Assembly: GCA_002633005.1 (NCBI GenBank)
Contig: NMRA01000336.1
Coordinates: 363,056-427,055 of the forward strand
DNA: 64,000 nt
Direction of reading: 5' to 3'
Source of the DNA: Phoronis australis
Taxonomy: Eukaryota > Animalia > Phoronida
In this document: one piece after another, positions 39,126-50,899 of the stretch
Layout: every line of letters begins with the position of its first letter
Position numbering within the stretch: the stretch's first letter is position 1
Position numbers and translations under genes: made by a program
The notes under the pieces: generated by a model
Database searches by the model: none
What the model saw: the letters and a program-made list of their open reading frames with translations, nothing else
Told to the model about the DNA's origin: nothing

Positions 39126-40526
39126 AGGAGAATGCCACCCGATTCAATTAGTCTTTTTTGGCGTATTAATAAGTCTATATCCACATAGCCTCGCATACGG
39201 TCGACCTTACCTTGCCGAGAGGTGTCGCATTAACCTGTGAGGAAGGTAAGAAACAACGCAACGACGTCAGTGGTTCATTTGCAGAGGGAATGTCGCTATG
39301 TTGCGGTGCCATCATTCCCGCTTGTCCGAACTAGTTCAGCTGCGAGGAAAGCGGGTATATCGTTTTTCGACTTTCTCAAGAGTTCAAAATGCTTAGGAAG
39401 TGTCTCGCGGTAGTGAAGAATGAAAAGTACGCTGATGGCCTGTGAAACTTAACGATCCACCTGCGAAGTCTTCGTCGGGATCGAGCTCTCGTCTAAGTCG
39501 GGATTGCGAGTCGTCATGTTGACGTTTGTTACTGAGCGTTCTGTTTCAAAATGAATTATTCTCACCCTAACCAATACCTTTATAAAACTGAAACAAGTCT
39601 GTCTCATTAGATGCAATTTGCAATGCCTTTGGAGTGCTCGTGAGTGCAACTGATTTAAGAAGCCAGCAATGCGTTACCAGCTTGGTGCAGCAACACTAAT
39701 TGACGAGACACCGAGGCCGTGTGAGCTCATGCTAATTCAGTGTTTGCTGACAGAAACTGTAGTGAAACAACTCGGTTTCTATCCCACGGCCAGGTGTTAA
39801 GGGAATCTTTATTTACATTTACATTATTCAAATAATGATTGTCAATGTACAACTTCTGCCCTGACGGTTCTGTGGCCAAAGCAGAACCTCATGAATTCGC
39901 GGCCCCCGACGAGTAAGTTTGCAGTTTCGTGGCTAATTCACCAACATAATCACGTGCACATTACTTCTTTGGCTCACTAGTATAGTATTTTCTTGACTGG
40001 AAGTTTAGTTTCCAACTTTGTCTGGTTTATGTTCATGATGTCTTCAGTCCGGCCGCGACGAGCCTAATCTGTTTCCGAGACACTGGCCAGCCGGCCGCGA
40101 CGGGCCTGATCGGGCTTCAAGCCACTCACTGGCAAGGACAACAAGCGTTTTGCGTGTTTCGAACTAAAAAATCACAAGTCTAAACAACACAGATCTAGTT
40201 CTCCTGTCTGTATCTCACGGAAAATGCTTCGAATTTATCTCCGAACAGACCCCAAACTCCTGCTACGGACTACGGACCTTATTGGCCTGCCGAACTTTGT
40301 AGGCTACATTGTGTCCAAATACCAATAAATCCGTAACAGCAAAATAAAACAACACGTTTTTGTAAGAACTCGGTGTATTTTTAAGGGTTTTACATCGAAG
40401 TTTGATGATTCATTGGTGTAGGTCTGCCATCAGGTGTCAGGTAACGCAACCGTACGTGCCATCATTGAGTAGAACTACTCAATCTAAATTGATACAAATT
40501 AGGTTGTTTTTGGGTGGTATGCTCCT
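39126..40526 (+). mobile_element. Kolobok-like non-autonomous element B2
   Basis: TTAA TSDs; TIR AGGAGAATGCCACCC/AGGAGCATACCACCC; decayed THAP start at ~39290-39430; right ~400 bp is the reverse complement of the B1 left end. Confidence 0.85.
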
Positions 40527-41763
40527 TTAAGTTAGGGTAAGTGCTCATCTGAGTGGATGCATACTTAATGTCGATTTCCCACTACCACAATTCCTGTTTT
40601 TTGGAACTTAGATCATATACAAATGTGGGTACATAAAAATGGCCACTGGGCTGGGTTAGTCAACTCCATCAAGAAATCAGCTGATAACAGAGCATATACT
40701 GAATGTACTAAAAACATTTCAAGATTCAAAAAAAAAGGTTGCTCTCCCTTTTTTGCTCATGATTATCCAAATAGACTCACTATCAAATGAGACATGTTAA
40801 AGTCTCAGGACATATCAGGTGACATTCTATTAGTCTGACTTAAGTGTTGGCAAGCAACTTATACCAAAACCGGCAAAAAATCATTCCCAAATGTATGACT
40901 CTAAATTCTAGAAAGTAGCAACAAAATATGCTTCAAAGCGGCTCATTAGGAAAAACCCTGAGTTTTTTATCCTCGGAAGATTTTGTAAACGAACAAAAAG
41001 ATACTGAGGGTGTGTTATTGAAATGTAGAGACAAGCATAGGACACTAGAAGACGAACAAGAGACAGGGAGAGTTGCGTCACTGGCCCCACGTAGCATTCA
41101 GCATACCAAGAGGAGCAGGATAGAGCATTGCGGTACACGCCTGTGGAGGAACTACTATGTGCAGGTTGAGCATACCCACAGTCAACACCTTTACAATTTC
41201 CACATACTTAACAAGTACCAAAACAATTTAAATGTAATACAGAATTATCAAACACAAACAGCCTGTAGTACACACGTACCACGGTGTTTGCTGAACTGAA
41301 TGTGTGCTCTAAAATTTTTTTTAACAAGTAGTAACAACTCGGAATAGCAGAGGAAGCAGAAGACTGGCAAGTTTCATTTTTGAAAATTCGTAGATTTGAA
41401 GCAGAAATGTACATTACATAGCAACGAAAATTCTTAAATTAGTACTGGTCAGGAAATCAAGTCTACTTCTAGAGATAATATTTCAGAATTATTGAGTTGT
41501 TGATCGTGGGTACACAAGTTCACGAGCCCAGTAAGTTGTCTTCTGGCACGTGAGAAATTTTAGCCTCTCGATTGATTTTCTCTTAGGCAACACCATTCGA
41601 AAGTCCACAAAAATGTTTTATAGCATTGTACAAACTTTTGTTATTGCCTACCGAATTTATATAGAAGTACAAAATAAGCTAAAAAGGTGTTAATCATGGG
41701 TACAGTTACCCTAAACACAAAATGAATGGAAATGACTTCCTATTTTCAATTCATTGTACTTAC

Positions 41764-41831
41764 CGAAGTAACAGTTCTTTAGGCAGTTTTCTGTTGATCG
41801 GGGAATCATCTTCCACTGATATCTGGGAAAC
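41764..41831 (-). CDS. FBXL20: FBXL2/FBXL20-like exon (F-box start)
   Basis: Minus strand tttaag|GTT...CTT CG|gtaagt; encodes VSQISVEDDSPINRKLPKELLL(R), matching the FBXL2/20 INKKLPKELLLR motif. An alternative in-frame acceptor would start the exon at 41822. Confidence 0.9.
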
Positions 41832-42769
41832 CTTAAATGGAAAGTAATTAAAGCCAAAGTATTAATAGCTACAAATACCATACATAGCATTCATATGGCA
41901 ATTTTATAAGATCAAGCAGGCAACGCATTTGAGCAAGATGGCAGATCAGCTGCTAAAGACAGATATTCACAAAAGCCTTTATACGTTTTGGGGCACACTA
42001 AATTATGGTATGGCAAGCAATAAAGGACAATACTTAAAAGTAGCCGTCAAAAGGAAAGCAGGATGTCTGAACCAGACAGTCAATCAGATGTGTCGGTCAC
42101 AAAGATGTCCTTGTAGTTGTAGTCCTCTCATGACTTATTTCAATAAATTCGGTACTGCTTGGCATGCCAATGATGTAGCATTTATACATGTACACCACTG
42201 ACTTTTTACAAAAATTACTCTGTGAGGGACAGAATGTGTACCAGAAAATGCAGACACATAGCTTTACCAGAAGTTACCTCACTGGAATGCAGCTTTCCTA
42301 CACTAACAAGGGAGATCTTCAAGCAGATTTGAGTGGTAATTATAAGACAATCACAGTCCTTCAAGAATTTCTGAGATGGCACTGATGTTCTCTCCTTAAA
42401 GCAAGCTTTCAAGCAGTTTTAGGCAAAAAAGTACGAAAAAAGTAGTACACCATATTTTCAAAAAAGTAGGAAAAGTAGGAACTGTGGAGAGAAAATTAGG
42501 AAAAAGTAGGAACAAGAGCAGGCGTTCAGGAGTAAATAGTTTTCATCGATATTTACCATTGAAGTTCACCCCATGTCACAGGCATTACTTAACATTAGTT
42601 AGAGAGCCAGCAGAACTTTGTTCACACTTTTGAGTGCAAAAGGTTTGACTGAGTAATTCTATTGTACGTCATCTCAGTATCATTGAAGGAAAGGGACGTC
42701 TTAAGTTGAACAATCCTGGGCTTGGTCCCTGGGGGAGGGGTCCAAAAGAGGACCCAAAAATACATTTAA

Positions 42770-43167
42770 AGGAGAGTGCCACCCAAAAAAGCAACTTATT
42801 ATGAAGCAATTTAGATAGAGTAGTAGAGATATTTCCGGCCTCATACTTCCTATTAACAGCGTACTTTTCATTCTTCACTACCATGAGCCACTTCCTAAGC
42901 ATTTCGGGCTCTCGAGGAAGTCCGAAAAACGATTGATACCCGCTTTCTTCGCAGCTTCATAGTTCAGACAAGCGGGAACGATGCACCGCAACATAGCGGC
43001 ATTCACTCAGCAGATGAACCACTGACATCGCTGCGTTGTTTCCCACCTTCTTCACAGGTTAACACGACATCTCTCGGCAAGGTGAGGTCGACTGTATAAG
43101 AGGCGATGTGGATATAGACTGATTAAGACGGTAAAAAAGACCAATATAAATCGGGTGGCATTCTCCT
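42770..43167 (-). mobile_element. Kolobok-like MITE B3 (short inverted relative of B2)
   Basis: TTAA TSDs; TIR AGGAGA(G/A)TGCCACCC; THAP half MLRCIVPACLNY..AGI/SFFGLPREPEMLRKWLMVVKN with one frameshift. Confidence 0.85.
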
Positions 43168-43498
43168 TTAAATTAAATTTTGAGTGCAACATCTGTTTCA
43201 AGTTTATTTCATTCAAATCAACACTCAAATTAAAATGGTACAACTGAACAAGTGAAAATGCCTGGGGATAATTAATTTAGATGCCTGCTAATAATAACAA
43301 CCAATTATCGATTTATTTAAACTTTTAAGTGCATCAATTTTTTCCAAGAGAGGTAAGTAACTCTAGACACCATATCCACAACTTAAGATGCCATTTTTCC
43401 TGTTTTTTTGTAGATAAGACGGGGGTTTTGAACCCCAAAGGACAAACCCACAGAAATGAACTAATAAAAGAGGAAATACAAAACTTTTATTACTACTA

Positions 43499-44917
43499 CC
43501 GGGGTTTTCCGTAGATAAGCCCCGGACAAGAAAATTAATATGCATGACATTTGTAGACCTCCTAGAGGCAAAGATGATCGCACCCGAGGTCGCTTGAAGA
43601 CTGAGTATTGTGAAAAATTAACAAGTTTGAGCCAGCTCTCTTGGTATGTGCCCAACTGTAAGTCCGTCTTTGACTACTTTCATACCTCACCAATCAAGCG
43701 TGTATCCATTAACAACACTGAAGTCCAGGTAGGGAATCCATGAACAAGTCTCTGTTATGATGCATTACATACCATAGGCAGATTTAGGAGAGGCCCGCCC
43801 CCCCTTGTCTGCCACAAGCAAAATGAAACAACAATAGCACGAAGCGTGAGTAAATATCGAGTTAAGGATCTAGGACCGGTAGCAGATGAGGGGGGCTCAG
43901 ATGGCGGCGAAATAGTGTTCCCGTGTTTTTTAGTCCACTGCCAAATTTTCCAAACAAAAGGTTCACAGCCTCGACCCCCCCACTTTCTGGCAATTGTGTT
44001 TTGTCCAATTCCCCAAGGCAACATATTGGCTGCCCCTCTTGGTATCCTAGATCCACCACAGCATACAGACAGTAATGATGAGGCGAGGTCGTTATTTCAA
44101 TCCTGACAAATCTGTTTTGCTGATGAACGCATACCGGAGCCACTGGACTGAAACAGTATCCGTAGAGTTTCAAAAATTGAATATTGGCGTGAAGATAATT
44201 CCAGCCAGAATGACCGGTTTCCTTCAGCCACTTGATGTTTCTGTTAATGCTCCGTTCAAAGCTAGAGGTTGCGAGATCAGTATCAGTATTGGCTTGAAAC
44301 AGCGAGAAAGAATATACCCCCGAGAGGGTATCGCCGCAACCCATTTCTATCTTCAGCCATGCGGCAAATCCCGCATTAGACATCATTATCAGTGAGAGCA
44401 TTTGAATGTTGCAGCATAGCTGCTGATGAGCAAATGGTCTCTACCTTATTCACCAATGCCCGGATTCACGAACACATGGGGTACAGCATGGATATCCAAG
44501 AGATGGGCACAAGTCACTGGATCTCTTCATTGACTCGGAGACGGAAAGAGTCACTCAGAGGACGAGCTGGGTGAAAATATTGACATGGACTTAATACACG
44601 TACATTTAGAGGTTTCCTGGCTGGTTTTTTAACTTAAGTGTTTTTCGAAAATTTTATGTTAATAAACATATAGTTCGGCAACACTTTGTTCGATTTTATA
44701 AATGTTAAATGCTCCAAAAAACTGAATTTGAGGCTAAAAGTTGACGCTAAGAAAGCTTTTAAGAGAAAAAGTTCCGAATAAATGCTCCACTATCTGGACA
44801 TTTGACACGAGAAGTTGCAACACCAAACAAACACCCATGGGCGTTTATTCAGCATAATTTTCCGAATAAAGGCACCTGGGCTATTCATCGGGTGGGCTTA
44901 TCTACGGAAAACCCCGG
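43499..44917 (+). mobile_element. pogo-like (Tc1/mariner) deleted element with DDE_1 remnant
   Basis: Perfect 24-bp TIR CCGGGGTTTTCCGTAGATAAGCCC; TA TSDs; VLLMNAYRSHWT..IIPARMTGFLQPLDVSVNAPFKA at 44110-44262. Confidence 0.9.
43773..44061. mobile_element. hAT-like MITE with 5-bp TSD, nested in the pogo element
   Basis: CATAC on both sides; imperfect TIR CATAGGCAGATTTAGG / CTGTGGTGGATCTAGG. Confidence 0.6.
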
Positions 44918-45184
44918 TATGAATAAAAATTATTTCAAATGATGCAAAAATACAACTTATGACATGAAAATTTCTTGTGTTATTGATTAAGACACTCATT
45001 AATTAAAGGATTTCTTTAAACACCTTTTTTTAAACATAGTTTAGTAACTCTATGTTACCTATTTCAACATTCATTCGCAATGTCAACTGATTTTGCAGTG
45101 CATAACTAAGTTATCATTGAAACCTCAAATAGACGTATTGTTCCCAGCCAACTTTTACTGTTGTTTATACCCTACTTTCTAAGT

Positions 45185-45216
45185 AGGTCACGTACAGGTC
45201 ACGTACAGGTCACGTG
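45185..45216 (+). promoter_or_regulatory. Three AGGTCA half-sites spaced by 5 nt (tandem DR5-like), ending in a CACGTG E-box
   Basis: AGGTCA cgtac AGGTCA cgtac AGGTCA cgtg; function untested. Confidence 0.35.
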
Positions 45217-46492
45217 CTGGGAGACTGATACAAAACCAAGTAAGAAATGGATTACAAAAATCGAATCGGCAGTTAAAGTATGTGGTTAGCATAAGATCGA
45301 AACATCGAAATGTCAGCTTATTAACTGAATTAATGAATTAGGGCGAGGGAACTTTCTGTGTTCATGACCATAGAGGCCTGAGGCATTCGTAGCATTCGTT
45401 TTCAACGCCAACAGTCCTATGCATGTAAACGCACAACTCCCGTAGGATCAAAACTACGTTTTGTCTTCCCTTTTCCCGGCACCATTATATCATAAGTACA
45501 ACTCGTTGGCTCAATGTCATGGCAACTTTGTGAATGAAAGGACTGAGGGTATACGAAGCTGTTCTGTACCTGGTGGGAGATCTTATTTAATTGAAAGCCC
45601 TTTAACCTTTGACCTTGGATAAGTGGTAAAAAAATATCCACACCGTTGCGCGGTTCCAAGGTGGTTCAACTAAATCTTTTTCTCGCTACGAAGTATTTAT
45701 TTTGTATTTGAAGTTCCCCGAGAATGAAGATAAGGTATTTTGTTAGACACAAGTGAAATATTGTAAAAATGGCCAATTTTTGTGAATAAGGTTGGAGATA
45801 ATCTTAAGTGATAAAAAGTCTATACCAGCAGTTTGCCAACTTACAAAATAGTTTCAGGAGTTGTATATTTTCTTAAACTATCAACCAGACAGTTTGGAGC
45901 CCACACAAAAGGACAAATCTGAGGGTAAAATCTCACAATATGACAGACAGTGGAGTATAATGATAATGCAAACTAGTTCTTGCATTGCAACTCCAGTAGG
46001 CCTATTGTGCATGGCCCGTAAAACACTGCAATGAGTTCAATTGTCATTCAAACATTTTGAGCAAAGCAGCATACTTTTTCATTGCATTTTTAGGCATATG
46101 ACTGATATAGAGACGGCAGAGTTGACAAGACTGCTTTCAATAATTGCAAAAATTATTGACTACAGGATGAGATACTATGTGAAATTTGCTGGCCAACATT
46201 TCTCAGTACAATTGAAGCCAATTTTGAGAGGGCAATTATAGGAATGAACACTATTCAAGAGTGTAAAATAGTCAGAATAATGATCCCAGTATGTACAACT
46301 TCTACACTACTTCACGAATGAAATGTTATTTAAAGTGATTATAAACCTGCCTTCCAACAATTTTTGATTTTGGACATTTACCTCCATACTCCACCACCTG
46401 GTGGTGAAAACAAGATGAGTACTGACAGAGAGTGAGTTGGTTGCCAACTAACATCCAATAGATACTCCTTCTGGTGACAAGGGGGTTAGTTA

Positions 46493-47070
46493 ATTAAATC
46501 GGTTTTCAGCCATAGTGAGATTAAAAAATGGACGATAGCCGCACAAATAAAAAAGTTCATGTTAGATCAACGTTTCGTCTATTCATTAGACATCATCAAG
46601 ATAATTATTTAAAAAGAACAGCAAGTGCCAACATACAGTTCAGGTAACATCCATAAAGTGAGAGATACAGGTGATAATAAGTAGCTGGTGGTCACCATAG
46701 TTGCAAGGTCACTGAGCTCTGCATGTTATTCAGAGATTCAGTATCATGACGGTTCTGAGTGACCAATGACTCTTAAATGTACAGCAATTCCTTATTAGGT
46801 TCTCTGCAAATAATACCAAGCCAATTCAGTTAGTGTTATCTGCAGAGAACCTAATAAGGAATTACTGTGCATTAAAGTCATTGGCCATTCAGAACCAGCA
46901 TGCTACCGATTCTCTGAATAAGATGCAGAGCTCATTGACCTTGCAACTATGGTGATGACCAGCTACTTACTATTACCTGTATCTCTTACTTCACTTTATG
47001 GATGTTACCTGAACTGTATGTTGGCACTTGCTGTCCTTTGTAAATAATTATCCTGACGATGTCTAATGAA
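46493..47070. mobile_element. Inverted dimer of a Penelope-like 3' end (~230-bp arms) with hammerhead-like cores
   Basis: 46582-46808 is the reverse complement of 46840-47069; both match 57311-57630; flanked by agggg(g/a)ttagtt, a possible TSD. Confidence 0.85.
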
Positions 47071-47212
47071 GAGGGGATTAGTTGGTTGCCAACTAACAAC
47101 CAATAATTGTTGTCTGGCCTTAACTAGGTACTGTGGATTAGGGACAACTCCTGAGCGTAGTAAGAACCAATGCTTGATATCAGCCAAGAGAAGTTTGCTA
47201 GTCAAAGCACTT

Positions 47213-47258
47213 CATTACTTGGCGGAATTCTTCCGCCAAGTATGTTGCTTTGACAGCA

Positions 47259-47304
<46 letters not shown>

Positions 47305-48580
47305 NNNNNNNNNNNNNNNNNNNNNNNNNNNNNNNNNNNNNNNNNNNNNNNNNNNNNNNNNNNNNNNNNNNNNNNNNNNNNNNNNNNNNNNNNNNNNNNN
47401 NNNNNNNNNNNNNNNNNNNNNNNNNNNNNNNNNNNNNNNNNNNNNNNNNNNNNNNNNNNNNNNNNNNNNNNNNNNNNNNNNNNNNNNNNNNNNNNNNNNN
47501 NNNNNNNNNNNNNNNNNNNNNNNNNNNNNNNNNNNNNNNNNNNNNNNNNNNNNNNNNNNNNNNNNNNNNNNNNNNNNNNNNNNNNNNNNNNNNNNNNNNN
47601 NNNNNNNNNNNNNNNNNNNNNNNNNNNNNNNNNNNNNNNNNNNNNNNNNNNNNNNNNNNNNNNNNNNNNNNNNNNNNNNNNNNNNNNNNNNNNNNNNNNN
47701 NNNNNNNNNNNNNNNNNNNNNNNNNNNNNNNNNNNNNNNNNNNNNNNNNNNNNNNNNNNNNNNNNNNNNNNNNNNNNNNNNNNNNNNNNNNNNNNNNNNN
47801 NNNNNNNNNNNNNNNNNNNNNNNNNNNNNNNNNNNNNNNNNNNNNNNNNNNNNNNNNNNNNNNNNNNNNNNNNNNNNNNNNNNNNNNNNNNNNNNNNNNN
47901 NNNNNNNNNNNNNNNNNNNNNNNNNNNNNNNNNNNNNNNNNNNNNNNNNNNNNNNNNNNNNNNNNNNNNNNNNNNNNNNNNNNNNNNNNNNNNNNNNNNN
48001 NNNNNNNNNNNNNNNNNNNNNNNNNNNNNNNNNNNNNNNNNNNNNNNNNNNNNNNNNNNNNNNNNNNNNNNNNNNNNNNNNNNNNNNNNNNNNNNNNNNN
48101 NNNNNNNNNNNNNNNNNNNNNNNNNNNNNNGGATTTTCATGAAATTTGGTATGTAGGCACCTAGTAGTGAGATGACGCTATCCTGCCGTTTTCGGATGGA
48201 TTCGACATAGTTTGCGCCACCTAGTGGCCATTTTTACTGTTTTCGAGTCTGTTTTTGTGCTTCCACCCCTCTATCAACCAAACCGCTCAAAGGATGATTG
48301 TGAAAATTGGCATGTATGTGCTTACTATGTAGAGGACGGTTGACGATGATTTTCCGACGATTTCGACTACTGTGGCGCCTCCTAGTGGCAGTTTTGTTTT
48401 TTTTTGCGCCTATGGCTGTATCTCCTAAACCGTTCGCAGGATCTTTACGAAATTGTGTAAGTATATTTATATGATGTTAACAACGAAAGATGACGACTTT
48501 TGGACGGATCCGACTACCGGTGTGCCCCCTAGTGGCAATTTTATTTTTTTTACGCTTACCTTTGTATCTTCATTTCATGT
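47213..48580 (-). mobile_element. Helentron-like family C copy spanning the gap
   Basis: Perfect 12-bp hairpin TACTTGGCGGAA-ttc-TTCCGCCAAGTA (47216-47242), T44 run, then after the gap one reverse-complement family C unit (48131-48575). Linkage across the gap is inferred. Confidence 0.6.
47305..48130. other. Assembly gap (N run)
   Basis: Continuous N characters. Confidence 1.
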
Positions 48581-49598
48581 GGCAAGCCTGGCCTCAAGCA
48601 CTACACAACTGCCACTTCTTCCATTATACAGAAATTATTCCACGTGCGAGTAAAGAAGAAGTTGAGACTAATTTTATCAATTAATTTAATTTTTTTAACC
48701 GCCAAAAACGGCTTAATAGCAACTTTACAGAGACATGTCTTCTCAACTAGCTATTAGAAACTCAACATTAATCAGAGCAGCTCATTTACACAAAGTATTT
48801 ATGAAATCATAAGACATCTAAATTTGAGAGTATTTGAGCAACATATTTTTAGACATGTTGTGTTGAAAGCATCGTTCTACGTATAAGTAACAGTGTTAAT
48901 TTTCACATGTTTAGTTAAGTAGCTTGTGGCAAGGTGTATGTGATCATTCTTTAAGGATTTACCTATTGTTCATAATCATTGTTTAATCACTGTTTAATGA
49001 ACTGTTTTTATGTAATATGTTATGTGACTTGAATGTAATATCAATAGTACTGACTTGGAGTAATCATTGTACAAACTGACCCATGATGAGACTGGACTGA
49101 CGACAATTAGAGAGAATATCAATTCTCGCCCTCCGCATTGATTGCTTTCCCATGCCATGAAGTACATGAAGTACGAAATAGCGGCACACCACCAGATACA
49201 GCAGACAGGTCAGGAGCCTCGCTTTTGCTCCTAAAGAGATTCACATGTTAGCATCTGTTGTCTGAATACCTTATATTTTCTATCATATTTAAGTCATGTC
49301 TAGAAAGTATCACTACTGTGCCATAGGCTGCAATTCCAATTCAAAGTAGGATGAGCTGGATAAATATCCATGGATGAAGAATGTCATATTTCATACTAAA
49401 TCCCACGATCAGCAGACGCCATTGTGAAAATGTGCCCATCGTGTGCCCTAAGTGCCACCATTGTGCAATAGCAATCTTACCTAATCACGGAGAAGTGCAG
49501 TACTCCGCGGTAGTGCGGTACAAGAGAATTCAGGCTTCTTAACTGCAACATCTTGACACATGATAATCAGAAAATTTGGTGGCCAAATACTCTGAAAT

Positions 49599-49824
49599 CA
49601 TGCACCCACCCAGCCTTCAATGTGGGGGGATCGAATTCCTGACGTTGTAGATCTTTTGGTAACAAAAAAGCAGGCCACTATTGTGAATTGCGCGTTTGTG
49701 CTTATTAAGTGTGCTTTTGTCTCATTTTCTCAGACATTTTGTTTCTCTGAGGCGAACCTTTTTGCCCACTTCGCCAAATGGGGGGCTCATTCGAGCCTCC
49801 TGAGCCCCCCTGGGTGCGCGCATG
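49599..49824. mobile_element. hAT-like MITE with 5-bp TSD
   Basis: TIR CATGCACCCACCCAG / CATGCGCGCACCCAG; GAAAT on both sides; related decayed copy at 61281-61534. Confidence 0.75.
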
Positions 49825-50899
49825 GAAATCATAATACTTAGAAAATGATTTTACTTTCCCGAACAGAGTAAGCAATGGGCATGTAAATTAAGAGTCAACA
49901 TACTGTTAACACTTTGGCAAGAGCTTCTTGTCACCATTTTGTAGTAGTTTATCTTATACCATGACTTCCGTATTTAGGATGCACAAAGCATTGGGAAATG
50001 CCCTTCTAAACAATACTAAATAGGTTATACAGTGAATACTTGTGAATAAATAGATAATTTGCTATGCTATTATTTTCGGTAGCCTGTGGTCACTGCGGGG
50101 ATCTAAGCAGCTGCTTACATTGCAAAGCAGGCAGTTTGGCCCTGCTTTATTTTCAAACATTCAAAGTGATCCCTTTTGAAGAGAATTAAATTAAAAAACT
50201 AGGTACACTCGCCAAGGGAATTTTATCAGAAAAGGAACTCTTTCTATCTTAGCAGAACATACCGTAATTCCCATCTATGGAAGTACCTGAAGCCTGGCAT
50301 TCATAGCAACCATAGACCACCACATTTGACAAGATCAACTCTGAATTATGAACAGGGATTTGACTTATGTATAAACCACAGCATAGTCGATATACAAACT
50401 CCGTCCTTTGTGGACATCACACTACTTGGTCGTGCCGCAAACTCAACAACATCAAGGACACGGTATAAACTGGACATGCTTTTATCACCAATTTGAATGA
50501 GCTATTACCTACTGGCGTTGTTTGGGTTACTATTCTGATAATGAAAACAATCATCATGTTTCACTAAAAACTCTAATGTTTATGCCATCAGCTTAATGTG
50601 CACAGCCAGTGACATGTCATTCACCAAACAAAGACTAGCTGTATCTGTATATGCCTGAGAATTTAAAATTAACCAGGTAAGCTTCCTGGCCACGCGGGGC
50701 AGTCTACCATCATCAAATAGCATTATGGGGATGTTGTAAAAGTGGTCTGCAGTTGCCTGCAGAGTGCATATGGGAAATCATTGCTCTCTCTAGTGACCCT
50801 ATACTTAGGTTATTGGTATTCTAGGCTCATGTTACACTTTTAAAGGTATTAGCCAAAGTGACTATAAAGCATCATGTAAAAATGTCTCAGACAAATACT

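Noticed and set aside
40535-41711. Possible GGGTAA-ended element
   Set aside because: Only 6-8 bp of terminal complementarity and mismatched flanks (TTA/TAA).
47216-47304. Hairpin plus T-run resembling a rho-independent terminator
   Set aside because: The context is eukaryotic; better explained as a Helentron-like terminal hairpin and a simple repeat at a contig end.
47066-48164. Long ORFs with poly-F/poly-K
   Set aside because: Artefacts of the T44 run and the N gap.
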